Origin: Thermoplasmata archaeon
Lineage (GTDB): Archaea > Thermoplasmatota > Thermoplasmata > Lutacidiplasmatales > UBA184
Direction: 5' to 3'
Assembly (NCBI GenBank): GCA_049285595.1
Contig: JBAQAF010000039.1
Coordinates: 6,373-70,372, forward strand
Length of the DNA stretch: 64,000 nucleotides
The position numbers were made by a program, and so were the translations under genes. Below, piece after piece: positions 37,184 through 48,384 of this stretch (the stretch's first letter is position 1; the number at the start of each line of letters is the position of its first letter). The notes beneath the pieces were generated by a model that saw only the letters and a list, made by a program, of their open reading frames with translations, searched no databases and was not told the DNA's origin.

Positions 37184-38476
37184 ATGCGGATGGTAACGTA
37201 TGTCATTCGTAGAGTGCTCCAGATCATTCCCGTGCTGATCGGGGTCGTCACCGTCACCTTCCTTCTATTCACCGCCCTCCCGCTCACCGACCAGATTCTC
37301 TCGCATTACGGAGCCCCCGGTCCCCACGCACCCTGCGGTTACCAGCCCTCCTGCCCCTGCTCGCAGTTGAACCCAACACAACATGGGTCGAGTTGCATCT
37401 GTAGCTACCCCACCGCACATACGGTGTCCCCATCAACCTATTGTGAGAACCAAATTTACTATCATGACGTCCACGCGTTGGGCCTGGACAAGCCCCTCCC
37501 GATCCAGTGGGCGAATTATGTGGTCCATAGTTTCACCTTCCGTTGGGGCTATGTTTCGAACAACAGTTTCATCGGTCAGAATATCCTAGGCATCAAAGGC
37601 CATAGCGTCGCGAGCGTCCTGGCGGGGTTCCTGCCGTACACGATCGAGCTCGCGATGTTGTCGCTCGCGCTGATCCTCGTCATAGCCATCCCCCTCGGAA
37701 ACGCTGCCGCCGTCAATCGGAACCGGCCGTTAGACCAGTCGGCGCGAGTGATGTCGTTCTCGGGCTTCGCCATCCCGGGGTTCCTCTTAGGGTCGCTTCT
37801 GGTCGCCGGTGTGACGCTCTTGTTCCTTCCCCATACGGGCGCCACGGTCGTCAGCCCGTGGTGCCGCGCGGGCGAAGCGATCGATCACGAATTCACCTAC
37901 TCCTGGCCGCAAAGCCCCGAATGCTACGTCGGTGCGAATACTCCCACCTTCCCGTATCACTTCCCACCGTGGATGCCCTACGGAACGACGACCTCCCCGA
38001 CCGGCTTCCCGACGATCGACGCGCTGATCCACCACAGCTACTGGCTCGCGCTCGACTCGCTCTTGAGAATGATTCTTCCAGCGCTGGTCATTGCCTACGG
38101 AACGATCGCGGGGTTGCTGCGATTCGTCCGGAACAGCATGCTCGAGGTGATGAACCTCGATTATGTCCGGACCGCCCGGGCGAAGGGAGTCCCCGAGAAG
38201 ATCGTGACCTCCAAGCACGCCGGTCGAAACTCCCTGAACGTGACCATCACGGTCTTAGGTCTCACCTTCGCGGGCTTTATCGGTGGATTCCCCGTGATTG
38301 AGGAGGTGTTTCATATCAACGGCGTCGGAGAGATGATCGCGTTGTCGATCCAGCAGCAGCTCGACTATGCGATGATCTTCGGGTCCACGATCCTGTTCAC
38401 GTACCTGGTCGTGGGCGCCAATATCATCGTGGACGTATTGTACGCCTATCTCGACCCCCGGGTCCGGCTGGGGTGA
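37184..38476 (+). CDS. oppB: Peptide/nickel ABC transporter permease (OppB/DppB-like) with a Cys-rich loop insertion
   Basis: 430 aa with the typical N-terminus 'YVIRRVLQIIPVLIGVVTVTFLLF' and the EAA-like region 'YVRTARAKGVPE'. An extra Cys-rich segment follows TM1. Confidence 0.85.
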   Translation: MRMVTYVIRRVLQIIPVLIGVVTVTFLLFTALPLTDQILSHYGAPGPHAPCGYQPSCPCSQLNPTQHGSSCICSYPTAHTVSPSTYCENQIYYHDVHALGLDKPLPIQWANYVVHSFTFRWGYVSNNSFIGQNILGIKGHSVASVLAGFLPYTIELAMLSLALILVIAIPLGNAAAVNRNRPLDQSARVMSFSGFAIPGFLLGSLLVAGVTLLFLPHTGATVVSPWCRAGEAIDHEFTYSWPQSPECYVGANTPTFPYHFPPWMPYGTTTSPTGFPTIDALIHHSYWLALDSLLRMILPALVIAYGTIAGLLRFVRNSMLEVMNLDYVRTARAKGVPEKIVTSKHAGRNSLNVTITVLGLTFAGFIGGFPVIEEVFHINGVGEMIALSIQQQLDYAMIFGSTILFTYLVVGANIIVDVLYAYLDPRVRLG

Positions 38477-38480
38477 AACA

Positions 38481-39713
38481 ATGGCGACTCCCACCGCCCC
38501 GGTTCCAAGCCTGACCCCCCGCCGTCGGCCGCATCCCCGGTTGGACCAGGCCAAACGTACTTGGTACTTCTTCCGTAGAAACACGCTGGCCCTCGTAGGG
38601 CTCGGGATCATCATCGCGATCGCGGGTATCGCGCTCTACTCGGCGACGCTGCCCCTCCCGTGGTCCACGCTTCCGGCGTATTGCGCCACGGATTACGGAC
38701 CGGGGAACCCAGCTTCCGGTTACCCCAACAACTACACTACGCACAACATCTGCCACACGGTCTGCACGTACGAGGTGGTGCCCCCGCCGAACCACGCCGC
38801 CGTCCCCGGGTGTAATGATCTTTGGTACAAAACTCCACTTTATGTGAACGGTACTCCCAAGATCTACGTCTCTTACGCCGGGGCGATCGCTCCGACCCTT
38901 CGGCTCTTCCCGGCGTTCTCGACCGGCCCATTACCGCTCGGGGGGCTGACCGAGTCGATCGGGGAAGAGACCCCGATCTATGATGTCGCGGGAGCGCTGG
39001 CCCGTGGGTCGGACTGGACGCTGATGCTCTCCCTGTCGATCGTGGGGCTGGGGGCTATCATCGGCCTCCTCACCGGGGCGATCGCGGGTTTCTACGGGGG
39101 GGTGGTCGACGACTTTTTGATGCGCTTCACGGACGTCTTCCTATCCATTCCAACGATCCTCTTCGTCATCGTCATGGTGACTGCGTTAGGGGCGATCATC
39201 CCCATCCACGGCCCCCTCGGGGCGGACATCAAGTTGATCCTCCTCATCGTTGGCTTCGTCCTGGTCTGGTGGCCGATCTACGCCCGCATCGTTCGGGGGC
39301 AGGTCCTCGTCGTGCGCGAACAGAAGTACGTCGAGGCGGCGAGGGCGTCGGGAGCCTCGAAAGGGCGGACCCTCCTTCGCCACATCATCCCCAACAGCAT
39401 GTATCCGATCTTCATCCAGTTCTCCTTGGACGTCGGGACCATCCCTCTCCTGATCGGCGCCCTGGTGTTCCTTGGCTTCGGGCCGGAGATGTTCCCGGCG
39501 GTGCCGTTCCCTGAGTGGGGATCGATCTCGGCGATCTCGGTCGCGGACCTCCCGATCGATATGCTCGGCTCCTGCCTCGTCCCGCACGGGCCGTGCATCA
39601 TCGCCTGGTGGCAGCTCCTGTTCCCGGGGCTCGCGCTCTTCTTCTTCGCGATCAGTGTCAACCTGCTCTCGGACGGGATCCGGGATTCGCTGGATCCGCG
39701 GCTGAGGCGGTAG
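38481..39713 (+). CDS. oppC: Peptide/nickel ABC transporter permease (OppC/DppC-like) with a large loop insertion
   Basis: 410 aa with 'YVEAARASGASKGRTLLRHIIPN' (EAA loop). A loop of about 120 aa containing 4 Cys follows TM1. Confidence 0.85.
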   Translation: MATPTAPVPSLTPRRRPHPRLDQAKRTWYFFRRNTLALVGLGIIIAIAGIALYSATLPLPWSTLPAYCATDYGPGNPASGYPNNYTTHNICHTVCTYEVVPPPNHAAVPGCNDLWYKTPLYVNGTPKIYVSYAGAIAPTLRLFPAFSTGPLPLGGLTESIGEETPIYDVAGALARGSDWTLMLSLSIVGLGAIIGLLTGAIAGFYGGVVDDFLMRFTDVFLSIPTILFVIVMVTALGAIIPIHGPLGADIKLILLIVGFVLVWWPIYARIVRGQVLVVREQKYVEAARASGASKGRTLLRHIIPNSMYPIFIQFSLDVGTIPLLIGALVFLGFGPEMFPAVPFPEWGSISAISVADLPIDMLGSCLVPHGPCIIAWWQLLFPGLALFFFAISVNLLSDGIRDSLDPRLRR

Positions 39714-39860
39714 GGGCGATCGATGACGTCGGCCGCAGGGTCCGGTAGCTATCCTTCCCCCGTATCTCGCAGGGTCCGACCGTCCGGCGGCCACCGGCCC
39801 CATCTTTTCTCCCGGAGCCGGCCCTCCCCGGCCCCGGCCGCCTCCCCCACCGCGTCGGCG

Positions 39861-41549
39861 ATGGCCCCCGCCCCGCCCTCCGACCGCGCGGCCCCCTCGC
39901 GGAGCACCGACCGGAATGTCGTGCTGGAGGTCCAGAATCTTAAGACCTATTTCTTCACGTACGACGGGGTCCTTCGGGCACTCGAGGGGATCAACCTCGT
40001 GGCGCGTGCCGGGGAGACCACGGGGATCGTAGGGGAGACCGGCTGCGGGAAGAGCGTCACCGCGTTCTCGATCGCCCGGCTCATCGGGGACCCCGGACGC
40101 GTCATGTCCGGAAAGATCTTGTTGAACGGGGCCGACCTACTCTGGGGGCTTGACAAGGAGGCGCGGTACAAGAAGATCACCGGTACCGGACGGGTCAAGG
40201 TCATCCGTTCGTTCCGCCGGATCAAGGCCGCCAACGAGCGGCTGGCCTCCGTTCGTGGGCGCGGCATTTCGATGATCTTCCAGGAGCCGGGGCAGGCGAT
40301 GAACCCGGTCTTCTCGATCGCCGACCAGCTCGGCGAGTCGGTCCTACTCCATCGGGGGATCGAGGTCGTGGAGGGGATGCTCCGCGCCGACGCGGCGGCA
40401 CGCGGGTCCGGGGGGGTGGCCAGTGAGGAGTTCGTCCCCGAGACAATGGACGGCAGCCCGGTCGAGATCCTCCCGGGAACGGGCGGGAACGTCGAGCGGA
40501 TGATCACGGTGGCCATGAGCGGCGATCGGGAGGGGCTCCGGGCGGCGGCCGAGGAGGTGGCGACGACCGCGGGGCTCCCGTCGCTCGCCCCCGAGCTGTT
40601 CTATTTGCTGCGGGAGTCGAAGGCGCAGGCGCCCGCCCGTCGCGTCCGGGTACGTCGGGCGATCCATCGCGTGCATCTGAGCGGAATGCAGCGGAAGTAC
40701 CTCCGGCATCAGCGGCGCGTGATGTTGATGCAGCGGGCGATCCAGGACCTCTACCTCAAGGAAATGAAGCTCGGCAAGTCGCAGCTCGGGGCCCGGAGTC
40801 GGATCGGGCTTCGCATCCGCCTCGAGCGGCTGCGCAACTTCTACTTCGGGGTGTGGGGCGTCAAGCGGCACGTCGCCCGCCCGATAAAGAACGAGCTGTT
40901 CTGGAGGGTGGTCGGGCTGCTCGAAGGCGTCCGGATCGCGAACCCCGTGCAGGTCGCTCGGGGCTATCCGCACGAGCTGTCGGGCGGCATGCTGCAGCGG
41001 GCGATGATCGCTATGGCGCTCTCCTCCGAACCGACACTGCTCATCGCCGACGAGCCGACGACCGCTCTCGACGTCACCATCCAGGCGCAGATCCTCGACC
41101 TGATGAACAAGCTGCGCGAACGGGTCGGGACGGCGATCGTGCTGATCACCCACGACCTCGGGGTCGTCGCCGAGGTGTGCGACCGAGTGAACGTGATGTA
41201 CGCGGGCCTGATCATCGAGAGCGGACCCGTCCACGAGCTGTTCCGCCGACCGCTGCACCCTTACACCCAGGGGCTGCTCGCCTCGATCCCTCGATTCGAT
41301 CAGCCGGACAAGGAGCTCGCGTCGATTCCCGGCTCGGTGCCGAACCTCATTCGGCCGCCCCCGGGCTGTCGCTTCCACCCGCGGTGCCCGTACGCCATGC
41401 CCGTCTGCAAGGAGGTCCGCCCCGAGCCCCAGATGGAAGGGGAGGACCACATGGTCGCCTGCCACCTCTACACCGCCCCTCCGGCCGCCCCCGCGGCTCC
41501 GGAACCGACCCCACCCCCGACCGTCGGAGGCCGCCCGGCGGCCGCATGA
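39861..41549 (+). CDS. oppD: Peptide ABC transporter ATP-binding protein (OppD-like) with large internal insertions
   Basis: Walker A 'GETGCGKSV', Q-loop '[11 protein letters not shown]', signature 'LSGGMLQR', Walker B '[12 protein letters not shown]', H-loop 'ITHDL' and the C-terminal oligopeptide domain 'GCRFHPRCP' are present. The start is ATG 39861 or track start 39723; the region between them is P/S/A-rich. Confidence 0.85.
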   Translation: MAPAPPSDRAAPSRSTDRNVVLEVQNLKTYFFTYDGVLRALEGINLVARAGETTGIVGETGCGKSVTAFSIARLIGDPGRVMSGKILLNGADLLWGLDKEARYKKITGTGRVKVIRSFRRIKAANERLASVRGRGISMIFQEPGQAMNPVFSIADQLGESVLLHRGIEVVEGMLRADAAARGSGGVASEEFVPETMDGSPVEILPGTGGNVERMITVAMSGDREGLRAAAEEVATTAGLPSLAPELFYLLRESKAQAPARRVRVRRAIHRVHLSGMQRKYLRHQRRVMLMQRAIQDLYLKEMKLGKSQLGARSRIGLRIRLERLRNFYFGVWGVKRHVARPIKNELFWRVVGLLEGVRIANPVQVARGYPHELSGGMLQRAMIAMALSSEPTLLIADEPTTALDVTIQAQILDLMNKLRERVGTAIVLITHDLGVVAEVCDRVNVMYAGLIIESGPVHELFRRPLHPYTQGLLASIPRFDQPDKELASIPGSVPNLIRPPPGCRFHPRCPYAMPVCKEVRPEPQMEGEDHMVACHLYTAPPAAPAAPEPTPPPTVGGRPAAA

Positions 41550-41718
41550 CCATTCCGGCAGATCGGGGCGCGCCGGGCGCGATCTCCTAGCCCGACCGTT
41601 CCCGGCGGCTCTCTCTTTTACGCCGAGGCGTTCTGGAGCTGGCCGAGGATCCCAGGCGGCGCGCGGAGACCCTGCGTCCCTCGCGGGCCACCGTGCGGGA
41701 ACCCTCGAGAAGAGAGGA

Positions 41719-43725
41719 ATGAGCGATCTCGACACCACCTGCGTCAACACGCTGCGCTTCCTTGCGGTCGACGCGGTCGAGGCCGCGAAATCCGGACACC
41801 CGGGATTACCGCTCGGCGCTGCGCCGATGGCGTACGTGCTCTGGGACCGGTTCTTGCGCCACCACCCGGCGAACCCCGCGTGGGCCAACCGAGATCGGTT
41901 CGTCCTCTCCGCGGGCCACGGCTCCGCGTTGCTCTACGCGCTGCTCCACGCCACGGGATACGACCTGCCGATCGACCAATTGCACCAGTTTCGCCAATGG
42001 GGCAGCCGCACCCCGGGCCACCCCGAGCACGGCCTGACCCCGGGGGTGGAGGCGACCACCGGCCCCCTCGGGCAAGGATTCGCGATGGGGGTCGGGATGG
42101 CGATCGCCGAGCGGCGGCTCGCGGCCGAGTTCAACCGCCCGGACCTGCCGATGATGGACCACCGCACGTACGGCATCGTCTCCGATGGCGACCTGATGGA
42201 GGGGATCTCCTCCGAGGCCGCCTCGCTCGCGGGGACCCTCGGTCTCGGCAAGCTGGTCTACCTCTACGACGACAATCACATCTCGCTCGAGGGGCCCACG
42301 GAGTGGGCGTTCACCGAAAGCGTGCCGCGGCGGTTCGAATCGTACGGTTGGCAGGTCCTCTCGGTCGCCGACGGCAACGACCTCGGGGCGATCGAGCAGG
42401 CGATCGGCGCCGCCTGCGCGGAGACCGCTCGGCCGAGCCTGGTAGCGGTCCGAACGCACATCGGGTACGGCAGCCCGGTGGCGGACTCCCGGGAGGCTCA
42501 CGGAGAGCCGCTCGGGCCGGCGAACCTGAAGGCGACGAAGGAGACCCTCGGCTGGCCGCTCGAGCCGACGTTCCGGTTCCCCGACGACGCGAAGGCTCAC
42601 TTTCGCCGGGCGCTCGATCGGGGCCGACAGTGGGAAGCCGAGTGGAACGAGCGACGCACGAACTACGCTTCCGCGCACCCGGAGCTGTCGGCCGAATTCG
42701 ATCGCCGGCTCCAGGGAGCGCTCCCGAGAGGCTGGGACACAGGGCTCCCCTCCTTCCTTCCCAAGGACGGACCCATCGCCACCCGGGACGCCTCCCAGAG
42801 ATCGATCAACGGCCTCTCCGCGACGCTCCCCGGCCTCGTCGGCGGTGCGGCGGACCTCTCCCCGTCGACGAAGACGGTGATCGCCGGATCGCCCGATTTC
42901 TCCGCGCACGAGGCGGGAGGGCGCAACTTCCACTTCGGCGTGCGCGAGCACGCGATGATCGCGATCATGAACGGGATGGCGTTGCACGGAGGGGTTCTGC
43001 CGTACGGCGGGACGTTCCTGACGTTCTCGGATTACGCGCGCGGGTCGATCCGGCTCGCCGCCCTTCAGCAGACGCACGTCGTCCTCGTGTTCACCCACGA
43101 CAGCATCGCCATGGGGGAGGACGGCCCGACCCACCAACCGATCGAGCAGCTCGCGAGCCTGCGGGCGGTCCCCGGATTGACGGTGATCCGCCCGGCGGAC
43201 GCGAACGAGACGAGCGCGGCGTGGCGGCTCGCCGTGACGCGGCGCGGCCCGACCGCCCTGGTCCTGACCCGTCAAAAGATACCCGTGCTCGACTCCGCCC
43301 AGTACCCGATCGCCGCCGGAGTCCCCCGCGGGGGCTACATCCTCGCGGAGCCGGCGTCCGGGGCCCCCGCGGTCGTTCTGCTCGCGACGGGCTCCGAAGT
43401 GTCGATCGCGCTCGACGCCCAACGACTGCTGGCCGCTCAGGGTGTCGGCGCCCGCGTCGTGTCGCTCCCCTCCTGGGAACTGTTCGAGGCGCAGGACGTC
43501 GCGTACCGGAACGGAGTGCTCCTCCCCGGAGTGCCGAAGGTCTCCGTCGAGGCGGCCTCCAAGTTCGGGTGGGATCGATACGTAGGACCCAACGGAGAGT
43601 CGATCGGCCTGGACGGGTTTGGCGCCTCCGCTCCTGGCCCGGTAGTGATGCGGGAGCGCGGCATCACCGCGGAGCACATCGTCCGGGCCGCACTGCGCTG
43701 GTCGGGGCGGGGCGCGCGCCCATGA
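41719..43725 (+). CDS. tkt: Transketolase (full-length, single polypeptide)
   Basis: 668 aa with 'SGHPGLPLG' and '[18 protein letters not shown]'. Confidence 0.95.
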   Translation: MSDLDTTCVNTLRFLAVDAVEAAKSGHPGLPLGAAPMAYVLWDRFLRHHPANPAWANRDRFVLSAGHGSALLYALLHATGYDLPIDQLHQFRQWGSRTPGHPEHGLTPGVEATTGPLGQGFAMGVGMAIAERRLAAEFNRPDLPMMDHRTYGIVSDGDLMEGISSEAASLAGTLGLGKLVYLYDDNHISLEGPTEWAFTESVPRRFESYGWQVLSVADGNDLGAIEQAIGAACAETARPSLVAVRTHIGYGSPVADSREAHGEPLGPANLKATKETLGWPLEPTFRFPDDAKAHFRRALDRGRQWEAEWNERRTNYASAHPELSAEFDRRLQGALPRGWDTGLPSFLPKDGPIATRDASQRSINGLSATLPGLVGGAADLSPSTKTVIAGSPDFSAHEAGGRNFHFGVREHAMIAIMNGMALHGGVLPYGGTFLTFSDYARGSIRLAALQQTHVVLVFTHDSIAMGEDGPTHQPIEQLASLRAVPGLTVIRPADANETSAAWRLAVTRRGPTALVLTRQKIPVLDSAQYPIAAGVPRGGYILAEPASGAPAVVLLATGSEVSIALDAQRLLAAQGVGARVVSLPSWELFEAQDVAYRNGVLLPGVPKVSVEAASKFGWDRYVGPNGESIGLDGFGASAPGPVVMRERGITAEHIVRAALRWSGRGARP

Positions 43726-45383
43726 TCCTGATCGACCCCGGGTCGTCGGCGCTTGGGCCGGATTCCGCCCCGGTCGCCGCGCGACTTCGAGATTGGGACC
43801 GGGACCGGGTCGCCGAGCGACTCTGGGCGGCCGACCCGACGCTCTGGCCGAACGCACCGGCCGCGGATGTCGCTAACCGCACCGGCTGGCTCGCCTTGCC
43901 CGAACAGATGCGATCCGAGGTCCCAGGACTCCGGTCGTTCGCCGAGGGGGTCCGCGCGGACGGAACTCGGCACGTCGTCCTGCTCGGCATGGGGGGTTCG
44001 AGCCTGGCTCCCGATGTCCTGCGACGGATGTACGGACCCCGACCCGGCTTTCCGGAGATGATCGTCCTCGACAGCACGCATCCGGACGCCGTGCGGGGCG
44101 TCCGGGACCGGATCGACCCGGCGCGTTCGTTGTTCGTCGTCTCGAGCAAGTCCGGCACCACCACCGAGCCGCTCGATTTCTATCGGTTCTTCCGGAACGC
44201 GGTCGAGAACGCCCGCGTCGACCCGAGCCCCCACTTCGCGGCCGTTACCGATCCGGGCTCGCCGCTCGACGGCCTGGCGACGAAGGAACGGTTCCGAACG
44301 GTCTTCCGCGCAGTGTCGACCGTAGGGGGACGCTACTCGGCGTTGACGATGTTCGGGCTCGCTCCCGCGGCCCTCCTTGGCGTCAACCTCGACGAACTGC
44401 TCGCCCGCGCCGGACGGATGGCGGACGCGTCGGGTGCCACGGTCCCGGCGACGGCCAACCCGGGACTCTCGCTGGGGGCGGCCCTCGGAGAGGTCGCCGC
44501 CCGGGGTCGCGACAAACTCACGATGTACGCGGGCCCCTCGGTCGGAGCGTTCCCGATCTGGGCCGAGCAGCTCGTCGCCGAGAGCACCGGAAAGGAGGGG
44601 CGGGGGATCGTGCCGGTGGTCGGGGAGCCGTTCGCCGCTCCCGCGACGTACGGCAACGACCGTCAGTTCGTGGAGTTACAGTCGACCTCAGCGCCCGACG
44701 CGCAGCTCGCGGCGCACACAGCACGTCTCGAAGCGGCCGGGCATCCGGTCCTTCGCTTCTCCCTGGGCGAGACGGCCGACGTCGGTCAGGAGTTCTTCCG
44801 CTGGGAGGTCGGGGTCGCCCTCGCGGGGGCGATCCTCGGGATCAACCCATTTGACCAGCCCGACGTGGAGCTGGCCAAGCAGCTCGCCCGCGCGGCGATG
44901 GCGCGACCTGCCGGCCCTGCCGCGTCGCCCGAGGTGCGGGAAGAACGTATCGGCGAGGGCCCGGCCCTCACCGACGCGCTCGCGCGATGGCTCGGGTCTG
45001 CCCGACCGCGCGACTACGTCGCTCTCCAGGCGTACGTCGCGCCGACCGAACCGGTAAGCGCGGCGCTCGACGCGCTCCGTCAGGTCCTTCTTGCGCGCAC
45101 GCGTCTCGCGACAACCGTGGGTTTCGGACCGCGCTTCCTTCACTCGACCGGTCAGCTCCACAAGGGAGGCCCCAACACAGGACTGTTCCTCCAGATCGTC
45201 GACACGCCGGCCGCCGATCTCGAGGTTCCGGGCGCGGGGTACACCTTCGGTCAGTTGATCCATGCCCAATCTCTCGGAGATTACCAGGCGCTCCAGCAGA
45301 AGGGCCGCCGAGTGCTTCGCGTCCAGTTGGGCACGGACGTGGCGGCGGGCTTGGAGAAGCTCACCGAGGCGTGTCGTGGCTGA
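43722..45383 (+). CDS. pgi: Glucose-6-phosphate isomerase (type found fused to transaldolase in some bacteria)
   Basis: The ATG at 43722 (ATGA overlap with tkt) gives 553 aa. 'DPTLWPN...NRTGWLALP', '[13 protein letters not shown]' and '[13 protein letters not shown]' (SIS domain) are present. Confidence 0.8.
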   Translation: MILIDPGSSALGPDSAPVAARLRDWDRDRVAERLWAADPTLWPNAPAADVANRTGWLALPEQMRSEVPGLRSFAEGVRADGTRHVVLLGMGGSSLAPDVLRRMYGPRPGFPEMIVLDSTHPDAVRGVRDRIDPARSLFVVSSKSGTTTEPLDFYRFFRNAVENARVDPSPHFAAVTDPGSPLDGLATKERFRTVFRAVSTVGGRYSALTMFGLAPAALLGVNLDELLARAGRMADASGATVPATANPGLSLGAALGEVAARGRDKLTMYAGPSVGAFPIWAEQLVAESTGKEGRGIVPVVGEPFAAPATYGNDRQFVELQSTSAPDAQLAAHTARLEAAGHPVLRFSLGETADVGQEFFRWEVGVALAGAILGINPFDQPDVELAKQLARAAMARPAGPAASPEVREERIGEGPALTDALARWLGSARPRDYVALQAYVAPTEPVSAALDALRQVLLARTRLATTVGFGPRFLHSTGQLHKGGPNTGLFLQIVDTPAADLEVPGAGYTFGQLIHAQSLGDYQALQQKGRRVLRVQLGTDVAAGLEKLTEACRG

Positions 45384-45990
45384 GGTGGCGGCGCTCCTCT
45401 GGGATGTGGGCGGAGTGATCCTATCGAACGGATGGGATCACGAGGGACGACGGGCCGCGGCAGCCCACTTTGAGCTAGACGCCGCGGAGCTTGAGCGCCG
45501 GCACGCGGGGCTCGCCCGTCCTCTCGAGACCGGAGGGATCGATTGGGCCCAGTACCTGTCGGAGACCGTATTCTTCGCCCCCCGGCCTTTCTCCGTGGAG
45601 GAGTTCCGGCGCTTCGTCTGGGAGCGGTCGACCCTCAACGCGCCGGCGTTCGATACTGCGCGCTCCCTTCGCCGGTCGGAGCGGTACGTCCAGGTCGCGC
45701 TGAACAACGAGTCCCGCGAGCTCAACGAGTATCGCATCGCCCGGTTCCGCCTCGGCGAGCTGTTCCACGCGTTCCTGAGTTCGTGCTACACGGGTCGTTT
45801 GAAGCCGGAGCCGGAGGCATTCCTCTTCGCGCTGGATCTGCTCCAGCGAACTCCCGAGGAGTGCCTGTTTCTCGACGACCGCCCCGAGAATATCGCCGGA
45901 GCGGCCGCGGTCGGGCTCCGAACGTTGCTCGTCGGGTCGGGCGATCAACTCCGAGAAGACCTCTTGGCGGCCGGCGTATCTCTGGAGTGA
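45376..45990 (+). CDS. HAD-superfamily hydrolase (subfamily IA-like)
   Basis: The GTG at 45376 gives 204 aa. Motif I is 'LLWDVGGVI', with 'FLDDRPENI' as motif IV-like. The substrate is unknown. Confidence 0.7.
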   Translation: MAEVAALLWDVGGVILSNGWDHEGRRAAAAHFELDAAELERRHAGLARPLETGGIDWAQYLSETVFFAPRPFSVEEFRRFVWERSTLNAPAFDTARSLRRSERYVQVALNNESRELNEYRIARFRLGELFHAFLSSCYTGRLKPEPEAFLFALDLLQRTPEECLFLDDRPENIAGAAAVGLRTLLVGSGDQLREDLLAAGVSLE

Positions 45991-46001
45991 AGGAGTCGAC
46001 G

Positions 46002-46910
46002 ATGGAAGTGGGAATGGTCGGGTTGGGGAAGATGGGCGGCAACATGACGGTACGACTCGTGAAGGCCGGCCATCGGGTCGTCGGGTTCGCCCGGGCGAAG
46101 CCGGTCGTAGACGCTGTGGTTCGGCAGGGGGCCATCGGGGCCGACTCGCTCGCGAGCCTGGTCGGCCAGCTCGCGAAACCCCGCGTGGTCTGGCTGATGA
46201 TCCCGTCCGGCGCCCCGGTAGATCAGACCCTGGAGGCGCTCCACCCCCTGCTCGCCCCCGGGGACCTGATCGTGGACGGCGGGAACTCCTACTACAAGGA
46301 CACCCTACGACGGGCGGCCCAGGTGAACGGCTGGGGGTTCTCCTACGTCGATGTGGGCACGAGCGGTGGCGTGTGGGGATTGACCGAGGGGTACTCGATG
46401 ATGGTCGGGGGCTCGCCGGCCGACGTCGAAAGGATCCGGCCGCTTCTTGTCGCCCTCGCTCCGGGCCCGGACCGGGGGTGGGGCCGCGTCGGAGCCGTCG
46501 GCTCGGGCCACTTCGTCAAGATGGTCCACAACGGGATCGAGTACGGTCTAATGGAGGCGTACGCCGAAGGGTTGGCCGTTCTCGGGGCGAAGACCGATTT
46601 TGCGCTCGATCTCCACCAGGTCACGCAGATCTGGCGCTACGGGAGCGTCGTGCGATCCTGGCTGCTGGAGCTGACCGAGGCCGCGCTCGCGGAGAACCCG
46701 ACCCTCAGTGGCATCGAGCCGTGGGTCGCGGACTCCGGCGAGGGGCGGTGGACCGTGACCGAGGCGCTCGACCTCAACATCCCCGCGCCCGTGATCACCC
46801 TCGCGCTCCAGCAACGGTTGCGTTCACGCGAAACGAACCCGTTCGCCGAGCGTCTCCTCGCGATGATGCGCAACAAGTTCGGGGGCCACGCCATCAAAGA
46901 GGCACCGTAG
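46002..46910 (+). CDS. gnd: 6-phosphogluconate dehydrogenase, short (about 300 aa, decarboxylating-like) form
   Basis: The ATG at 46002 is preceded by AGGAG and gives 302 aa. 'MVGLGKMGGNM' is the Rossmann motif, and 'GGNSYY' and 'GSGHFVKMVHNGIEYG' are present. Confidence 0.85.
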   Translation: MEVGMVGLGKMGGNMTVRLVKAGHRVVGFARAKPVVDAVVRQGAIGADSLASLVGQLAKPRVVWLMIPSGAPVDQTLEALHPLLAPGDLIVDGGNSYYKDTLRRAAQVNGWGFSYVDVGTSGGVWGLTEGYSMMVGGSPADVERIRPLLVALAPGPDRGWGRVGAVGSGHFVKMVHNGIEYGLMEAYAEGLAVLGAKTDFALDLHQVTQIWRYGSVVRSWLLELTEAALAENPTLSGIEPWVADSGEGRWTVTEALDLNIPAPVITLALQQRLRSRETNPFAERLLAMMRNKFGGHAIKEAP

Positions 46911-46912
46911 CC

Positions 46913-48376
46913 ATGGACCGCCCGACCGTCGAACCCCACCTGTTCATCGTCTTCGGCGCGACGGGCGATCTGATGCAGCGCAAGCTGCTCCCCGCGCTCT
47001 ACCGGCTGCGAGAGCGGGGAGAGTTCCCTGCCGGCAGCGTGATCTTGGGGGTAGCACGCCGGCCGATGGACGACGCCTCCTTCGGGGCCGCCGCGGTGGA
47101 GTGGCTCACGGCCGAGAAGATCGCGCCCGAGGAGACGCTCCGAGCGTTCGCCGGGACGACGCTCGCCTACCACCGACTTGAGGACGAATCGCCCGAGAGC
47201 TTCGTTCGCCTGCGCGACGCGATCGCCGCCCTCGAGAGTGCGCGCGGGCTGGGAGGCGACCGGATCTTCTATCTCGCGCTTCCCCCCGAGGCGCTCCGAT
47301 CGACGTTGGACGGTCTGGGCGGCGCGGGGCTGGCCGCGGGGCCGGGATGGACCCGCGTCGTGGTGGAGAAGCCGTTCGGGCGGGACCTCGCCTCCGCCCA
47401 GGCGCTGAACGCAGCGCTGCACGCCCACTTCACAGAGAGCCAGGTCTATCGGATCGACCACTACCTTGGTAAGGAGACGGTCCAGAACCTCCTCGTCTTC
47501 CGCTTCGCGAACATGTTCGTCGAATCGCTCTGGAATCGCGAGCGGGTCGAGCGCGTCGAGATCACCGTCGCCGAGAGCCTCGGCATCGAGGGTCGTGCGG
47601 CGTACTACGAGACGTCCGGGGCGCTGCGCGACATGATCCAGAACCATGTGACCCAGGTCCTCACGCTGGTCGCGATGGAGCCGCCCGCGACCCGCACGGA
47701 AGAGGCGGTCCGGAACGAGAAGGTGAAGGTCCTCCGAAGCATCGCCCCTATCGGCGTCGACGACGTCGTGCGCGGCCAGTACGCGTCGGGCACGGTCGCC
47801 GGCGCCCCGGTCCCCGGCTATCTCGCGGAGCCCGGGGTCGCCGCCGGCTCCACGACCGAGACGTACATCGCGCTCCGCCTCCGGGTGACGAACTGGCGAT
47901 GGCAGGGGGTCCCGTTCTTCCTGCGGTCGGGGAAACGACTCCCGGCGAAATCGAGCCGGGTCGTCCTGACGCTCAAGGCGCCGCCGGTGTCGTTCTTCCC
48001 GACCGATCAGGAGTACGAGATGAACCCGGACCGGATCTCGATCCTGATCCAGCCCGAGGAAGGGTTCGAGATCGCCTTCGAGATCAAGGTGCCGGGCCGC
48101 GAGCTGAAGGTGCAGACGCACCGCATGAAATTCCATTACGCCGACGTCTTCGGGCCGCTCCCCGACGGGTACGAGACCCTCCTGCTCGATGCGATGCTGG
48201 GCGACCCCACTCTGTTCGTCCGGGCCGACGAAGTAGAGGAGTCCTGGCAGGTCTACGACTCCGTCCTGCAGCATCCTCCGGCGCTCGCACCGTACGCCGC
48301 CGGGTCGTGGGGACCCGAGGCAGCCGAGCGGCTGGCGGAGCAGTGGGGGCACCGCTGGTGGGACGAGTCGGCCTAG
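46913..48376 (+). CDS. zwf: Glucose-6-phosphate 1-dehydrogenase (bacterial/eukaryotic Zwf family)
   Basis: The ATG at 46913 gives 487 aa. 'FGATGDLMQRKL' and the family signature 'RIDHYLGKETVQN' are present. Confidence 0.9.
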   Translation: MDRPTVEPHLFIVFGATGDLMQRKLLPALYRLRERGEFPAGSVILGVARRPMDDASFGAAAVEWLTAEKIAPEETLRAFAGTTLAYHRLEDESPESFVRLRDAIAALESARGLGGDRIFYLALPPEALRSTLDGLGGAGLAAGPGWTRVVVEKPFGRDLASAQALNAALHAHFTESQVYRIDHYLGKETVQNLLVFRFANMFVESLWNRERVERVEITVAESLGIEGRAAYYETSGALRDMIQNHVTQVLTLVAMEPPATRTEEAVRNEKVKVLRSIAPIGVDDVVRGQYASGTVAGAPVPGYLAEPGVAAGSTTETYIALRLRVTNWRWQGVPFFLRSGKRLPAKSSRVVLTLKAPPVSFFPTDQEYEMNPDRISILIQPEEGFEIAFEIKVPGRELKVQTHRMKFHYADVFGPLPDGYETLLLDAMLGDPTLFVRADEVEESWQVYDSVLQHPPALAPYAAGSWGPEAAERLAEQWGHRWWDESA

Positions 48377-48384
48377 CGCCCGAC

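Noticed and set aside
39723-39860. Track start at 39723 for the OppD ATPase (46 extra N-terminal residues).
   Set aside because: The extra residues are S/P/R/A-rich with no ABC homology. ATG 39861 precedes the conserved '[11 protein letters not shown]' by a normal distance. I keep it as an alternative because the ORF abuts oppC.
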